Source: a virus. Taken from it: a stretch of DNA of 42,836 bases. Under the pieces are notes generated by a model. That model did no database searches. It was not told the DNA's origin and saw only the letters and a program-made list of their open reading frames with translations. Position 1 is the stretch's first letter, and every line of letters starts with the position of its first letter. The position numbers were made by a program, and so were the translations under genes. This document shows positions 39,351 to 42,836 of this stretch, one piece after another. The stretch covers positions 1 through 42,836 of IMG/VR virus record IMGVR_UViG_3300045988_108122; one strand, 5' to 3'.

Positions 39351-39374
39351 GATTGTAGGAAGGAGGTGATTGTT

Positions 39375-39551
39375 ATGGCAGACTATAGGATAAACCGCAT
39401 TTGCCCCTGCAATGGACTTAATATTCACGTTGCACAACCGCCATGTTTATCATGCGCATTCTATGATATTGATCTAAGAGAATGTCGAGTTATTAGAACT
39501 GATCGGAATCTTCTAGCTGTACTTTCTTTTCTAAAACAAGTACGTAATTAG
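39375..39551 (+). CDS. 58-aa Cys-rich protein (CPC...CLSC), unknown function
   Basis: An AGGAGGTGA RBS lies 5 nt before the ATG, and the gene has its own promoter. It is oriented against the early operon and overlaps the 3' end of 39493-39660 by 59 nt. Confidence 0.5.
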   Translation: MADYRINRICPCNGLNIHVAQPPCLSCAFYDIDLRECRVIRTDRNLLAVLSFLKQVRN

Positions 39552-39660
39552 CATTACATTTCTCATTCACCAAAAACAAAATTTCTTGAATTTCTGCAGC
39601 AGTAAAGCCGTTGAGAATACTGGTAATATTTTCGACGGCTTTTTGTGTTTTATTTTCCAT
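39493..39660 (-). CDS. Early small protein (55 aa)
   Basis: A GGAG RBS lies 7 nt before the ATG at 39660. It is the next gene after cro on the same strand. Confidence 0.5.
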   Translation of the reverse strand: MENKTQKAVENITSILNGFTAAEIQEILFLVNEKCNANYVLVLEKKVQLEDSDQF

Positions 39661-39684
39661 TGTTACGCTCCTTTTTATTTACGT

Positions 39685-39891
39685 TTATGAACATTTTGTA
39701 CATTTGCGTGGCAAAAAAATATCATCAACTGTGCTTTTTAAAACTTTTGCTATTTTAAAAGCGACATCTATTGAGGGTTTTCGATCCCCACTTTCAAGAA
39801 ATGCAATATACCTAACGGTAACGCCCACTTTGCAAGCAAGTAATTCCTGGCTAATATTATTCTTCATTCTAATTTCTTTTAATTTGTTCAT
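39685..39891 (-). CDS. Cro-like XRE-family HTH regulator (68 aa)
   Basis: The HTH is ISQELLACKVGVTVRYIAFLESGDRKPS. It is divergent from the cI-like gene and has an AAAGGAGGGG RBS. Confidence 0.8.
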   Translation of the reverse strand: MNKLKEIRMKNNISQELLACKVGVTVRYIAFLESGDRKPSIDVAFKIAKVLKSTVDDIFLPRKCTKCS

Positions 39892-39913
39892 TGTACCCCT
39901 CCTTTCTCTGTGT

Positions 39914-39946
39914 ACATATTGTACTGTACAATATGTGGAATGTCAA
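39914..39946 (-). promoter_or_regulatory. Early lytic promoter with overlapping palindromic operator
   Basis: On the minus strand, TTGACA (39941-39946), a 17-nt spacer and TACAAT (39918-39923) form the promoter. The perfect palindrome ACATATTGTAC-T-GTACAATATGT (39914-39936) covers the spacer and the -10. Confidence 0.75.
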
Positions 39947-40008
39947 TAGCTTTTTTTATATTTTTATTGTATAATGAACACACAGTACACAAAAGGGAGG
40001 TGAGCTTG

Positions 40009-40395
40009 ATGTTAGGTCAACGAATAAAACAATTAAGGCAAGAGCATGATATAACACAAAAAGAGTTGGCAGACTTCTTGGGAGTAACACCAAAAGCAGT
40101 ATCCTTTTATGAACTTGGTCAGCGTATGCCGTCCAACGAAATGATTTTGAAATTAGCTCAAAAGTTTTGTGTAAGTACCGACTATTTACTTGGTAACAAA
40201 GAAAATATTACTGCCGTTGAGCGAGAAGGCTATTACACAAATCCCGAAGCTGCAAAAATGGCGCAAGAAATATATGATAATCCCGACATGAAAATATTAT
40301 TTGATGCCGCCAAAGATGTATCCCCTGAAGATTTAAAATTTGTAGCCGATATGGTTAGCAGAATGAGAAAAAAGGAACGTAATGAAGATGATTGA
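40009..40395 (+). CDS. cI-like XRE-family repressor (128 aa)
   Basis: The ATG at 40009 has a GGGAGGTGA RBS. The HTH is ITQKELADFLGVTPKAVSFYELGQRMPS. A C-terminal domain is present. Confidence 0.8.
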   Translation: MLGQRIKQLRQEHDITQKELADFLGVTPKAVSFYELGQRMPSNEMILKLAQKFCVSTDYLLGNKENITAVEREGYYTNPEAAKMAQEIYDNPDMKILFDAAKDVSPEDLKFVADMVSRMRKKERNEDD

Positions 40396-40600
40396 ACGAA
40401 CCATATTATTTGATCTTCCTCTAACAATAAAAGGTTTTTGTTTTTGTACTCCTGAAGGTGAAAAAATTTGTGTTCTTAACTCTAGGTTTACTTTCGAAAC
40501 AAATAAAAAAACACTCCTACATGAGCAGGAGCATATTATAAATAATGACTTTGATAACTATTGTTTTGTTGACGCGCTTGAAGTTCAACGTCATAAATGA
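40382..40600 (+). CDS. Short ImmA/IrrE-like zinc metallopeptidase (72 aa)
   Basis: It has the HEQEH (HExxH) motif and overlaps the repressor stop by 14 nt, the classic XRE-ImmA pairing. Confidence 0.65.
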   Translation: MKMIERTILFDLPLTIKGFCFCTPEGEKICVLNSRFTFETNKKTLLHEQEHIINNDFDNYCFVDALEVQRHK

Positions 40601-40646
40601 ATTTAACAAGAATTATTAAAACTTAAATTAAAATTAGAAATAAGGA

Positions 40647-41585
40647 ATGTTGAAATTGATGAAATTTAATGCAACCTATATTGCACCTCTTTTCGCATTA
40701 TATGCTGGTTTTTTTGGATTACCAAGTTATGGCTGGTATGAAATGCTGCGAATTACCATTACCCTACAAGCTATAATTTTTGCGTGGGTTCTGAATAATA
40801 AACTTTATCAGATACCTACCATCTTTTTCATAGCAACAGCAATCCTTTTTAATCCTTTTGCGAAAATAAGAATGTCACGCTCCGACTGGGAAATATTTGA
40901 TATTATTATTGGTATTTCATTTCTTATAGCAAACTTCTGGCTTATAACAATGGATAAGCAAAAGAAACAAGGAGAAGAAGAAATAATAAATCAAAATACT
41001 CAATACAACAATCACCTAATAAACAAAAATGAAATGCTCCAAAAAGAAATATATGATTTAAACGAAAAAATAAAAGATATTATTCAACAACATAATAAAG
41101 AGTTAATAGAACTAAGATATAAGTATAATATGCTAGAAACCAATAAAGAGTCTGACGAATTAAAGTTAAAAAGAATTCTTGATAACGCCGAGAATGAAGT
41201 ATCGCTTTTAGTCGAACAACGCTTTAATGTGATCCTTTCGAGCGATATTTTATCTCTTAACCAAGCATTAACAAATGCATTAACAAATGCTAATTTTATA
41301 ATTTTAAGGTTCAATTTTATAAATTGCGATTTTGAAATATCAACATATTCATCAAAGCCAGCCTTCGAGTGCGGGTATGAAAATTCTATAAAAATATTTT
41401 CTTGTAGTAAAGGTTCCAGTTTGCTAACAAAAGAAACTCTTCTTGAATTAAAAGATATTATCAAAGGTGAACTAAAATATAATATACAATTCCCTTATAA
41501 TAAATACCAAGTTATAGAGGCTATTTTGGAAGAACAAAGAAATTTTAAGCATGAAACAAGAATCTATACTTATTCAACGATATAA
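40647..41585 (+). CDS. Membrane protein: DUF6804-like N-terminal TM domain fused to a coiled coil and an unknown C-terminal domain (312 aa)
   Basis: The TM region contains YGWYEMLRITITLQAIIFAWV...ILFNPFAKIRMSRSDWEIFD. It lies in the lysogeny module between immA and int. The exact start is uncertain (40647 or 40659). Confidence 0.7.
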   Translation: MLKLMKFNATYIAPLFALYAGFFGLPSYGWYEMLRITITLQAIIFAWVLNNKLYQIPTIFFIATAILFNPFAKIRMSRSDWEIFDIIIGISFLIANFWLITMDKQKKQGEEEIINQNTQYNNHLINKNEMLQKEIYDLNEKIKDIIQQHNKELIELRYKYNMLETNKESDELKLKRILDNAENEVSLLVEQRFNVILSSDILSLNQALTNALTNANFIILRFNFINCDFEISTYSSKPAFECGYENSIKIFSCSKGSSLLTKETLLELKDIIKGELKYNIQFPYNKYQVIEAILEEQRNFKHETRIYTYSTI

Positions 41586-41638
41586 AAACTACTGATAATT
41601 ACTATCAAAAAACTTCCATTTAGAAAGGAAGTGAAACA

Positions 41639-42757
41639 ATGTACGGCGACGGAACAATATGGTATGACAAAGCACGAAAAAAATATTGTTACGATTACTA
41701 CGACAACGACGGCAAACGTCACCGTAAACGCTTTGCCACCGAAAAAGAAGCCAAAGAATTTAAGAAAGAAATACGGGCAGAACGTGATAAAGGAAATCTT
41801 ACATCCTCTTCTATTACCATTGGAGAATGGGTAATAGAATTTTTAGAAACATATCAAAAACCACACCTGCGCAGCAACAGTTTTGCAAGGCAAAAACAAA
41901 GTGCTAATAAGCTTGCTCCTATTGCGCATATACCAATCGACCAACTCAGCGGCAAAGAAATACAAAAGCTGTATAATAGCTATGACGGTGTTTTAAGTAC
42001 CTCTTCAATAAGTAAGATACATAAGTTACTTTTCGCCGCTTACAAGAAAGCTGTGGCTCTGAGAATGGTACAATATAATCCAATGCAAGCTGTTGAGCCG
42101 GTAAAAATCAAATATAAAGAAATGTCAGTATTTTCTTTTAGTGAACTAATTCGCATCTTCCGTGTACTACGGACCAATAAATACTATAAAAAATACTACA
42201 CATTATTTTATTTGCTCCTGGTACTTGGCTGCAGGATAGGCGAACTTCTTGCAATAAAATGGGAAGATATTGATTTTGATAAAAGAGAAATTTGTATACA
42301 ACGCGCAAAAGACAGTGGTACTGGTCAAGTATTCCATGATCCTAAAACAAAAGCCGGTATACGTTATATTCCGATCGTCTATGATGCATGCATAGAAAGA
42401 CTAAAAGCTATGCAGACAAGCGGTAAAATCACTTATATAAACGGCTTCGTATTTTGTACCGAAAGCGGCAAAGCCCTTAACTATGGAAATATCCGACGTG
42501 CTTGGGTAAAGATATGTGAGTTGGCCGGAGTAAATAAAAATATCCATACATTCAGGCATACATTTGCTACAGCAGCACTCACTAAAGATATACCCATCTT
42601 AGAAGTATCAAGGTGTCTTGGACACGCTGACGCAAACACAACACTTAAAATGTACGGACATGCAATGCCAGGATTTAACAGACATATAATAGACCTTTTT
42701 CAGAAGAAAAAAACAAAGAGTGCGACCAAAACTGCGACCACAAATCAACAAAGCTAG
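41639..42757 (+). CDS. int: Tyrosine recombinase / phage integrase
   Basis: The catalytic-region motifs GCRIGELLAIKWEDID, HTFRHTFATAAL and LGHADANTTLKMYGH are present. It is adjacent to attR. Confidence 0.9.
   Translation: MYGDGTIWYDKARKKYCYDYYDNDGKRHRKRFATEKEAKEFKKEIRAERDKGNLTSSSITIGEWVIEFLETYQKPHLRSNSFARQKQSANKLAPIAHIPIDQLSGKEIQKLYNSYDGVLSTSSISKIHKLLFAAYKKAVALRMVQYNPMQAVEPVKIKYKEMSVFSFSELIRIFRVLRTNKYYKKYYTLFYLLLVLGCRIGELLAIKWEDIDFDKREICIQRAKDSGTGQVFHDPKTKAGIRYIPIVYDACIERLKAMQTSGKITYINGFVFCTESGKALNYGNIRRAWVKICELAGVNKNIHTFRHTFATAALTKDIPILEVSRCLGHADANTTLKMYGHAMPGFNRHIIDLFQKKKTKSATKTATTNQQS
42719..42741. repeat. 23-bp repeat, second copy (P-arm side), inside the integrase 3' coding end
   Basis: It is identical to 161-183. 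Confidence 0.6.
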
Positions 42758-42789
42758 TTATATCAATGGTTTTCAAGTTTGCAATAAGC

Positions 42790-42836
42790 CCTCCGGAGCC
42801 GTGTGCGGTGGTTCGATTCCACTCGGGCGTACCAAT
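42790..42836 (+). repeat. attR core, duplicate of the tRNA 3' end
   Basis: It is an exact copy of 1-47. The sequence upstream of it (int 3' flank) does not fold as a tRNA body, so the intact tRNA is expected left of position 1. Confidence 0.85.

Larger units (their letters stand above)
1..42836. mobile_element. Integrated temperate prophage, apparently complete, bounded by att repeats
   Basis: Identical 47-bp direct repeats lie at both window ends. An integrase is adjacent to the right repeat. Lysogeny, early, packaging, head, tail and lysis modules are all present between the repeats. Confidence 0.9.

Noticed and set aside
39168-39374. The long 127-aa version of the plus-strand ORF 39168-39551
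   Set aside because: Its N-terminal 69 codons run through two promoters and a terminator hairpin and have no RBS. The internal ATG at 39375 has a strong AGGAGGTGA RBS, so only the 58-aa version is retained.
41631-41834. A 67-aa ORF overlapping the integrase start in another frame
   Set aside because: The integrase frame has the RBS and conserved recombinase motifs. The alternative frame is lysine/threonine low-complexity.

Overview
The window is essentially one complete integrated temperate prophage of about 42.7 kb. It is bounded by an identical 47-bp direct repeat (1-47 and 42790-42836) that is the 3' end of a class-II tRNA gene. A tyrosine integrase lies next to the right repeat. A 23-bp repeat on each side of the core looks like integrase arm sites.

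Gene order from right to left, mostly on the minus strand:
- Lysogeny module: integrase, a DUF6804-like membrane fusion protein, an ImmA-like peptidase and a cI-like XRE repressor, all on the plus strand.
- A textbook divergent switch with a 23-bp palindromic operator, followed by a Cro-like gene.
- Early genes: excisionase-like HTH, Rad52-like annealing protein, HNH endonuclease, a replication initiator with internal iterons, a hexapeptide-repeat protein, an SPPY-type DNA methyltransferase, DUF1064 and PD-(D/E)xK nucleases, and zinc-ribbon proteins.
- A RinA/ArpU-like late activator, then two tandem tRNA-Ser genes.
- Packaging and head genes: terS, terL, portal, scaffold, major capsid and a small capsid-associated protein.
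- A podovirus-type tail and ejection set: tubular A-like and B-like proteins, a 679-aa virion protein with a peptidase motif, and a 2067-aa giant HExxH protein.
- An AT-rich accessory island, tail fibres, a lysis cassette, and an uncharacterised cargo block next to attL.

The mix of Firmicute-type regulators and toxin with a single-domain amidase and a podovirus-like virion suggests a diderm Firmicute (Negativicutes-like) host. This is inference only.

The signals most worth follow-up are:
1. A compact type I toxin-antitoxin-like module embedded antisense in the virion operon.
2. A repeated conserved box plus UUCG-hairpin terminator placed directly before late gene blocks, which suggests antitermination.
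3. Two long ORFs overlapping in different frames just after the lysis genes, with spanin-like topologies.
4. An AT-rich terminator-insulated island encoding membrane proteins.
5. Two promoter-plus-terminator small-RNA candidates antisense to the early operon.
6. An 18-bp x 21 tandem-repeat gene with a cysteine ladder and a perfect 72-bp duplication.

All functional calls rest on reading the translated ORFs and sequence motifs by eye. No database search was run.
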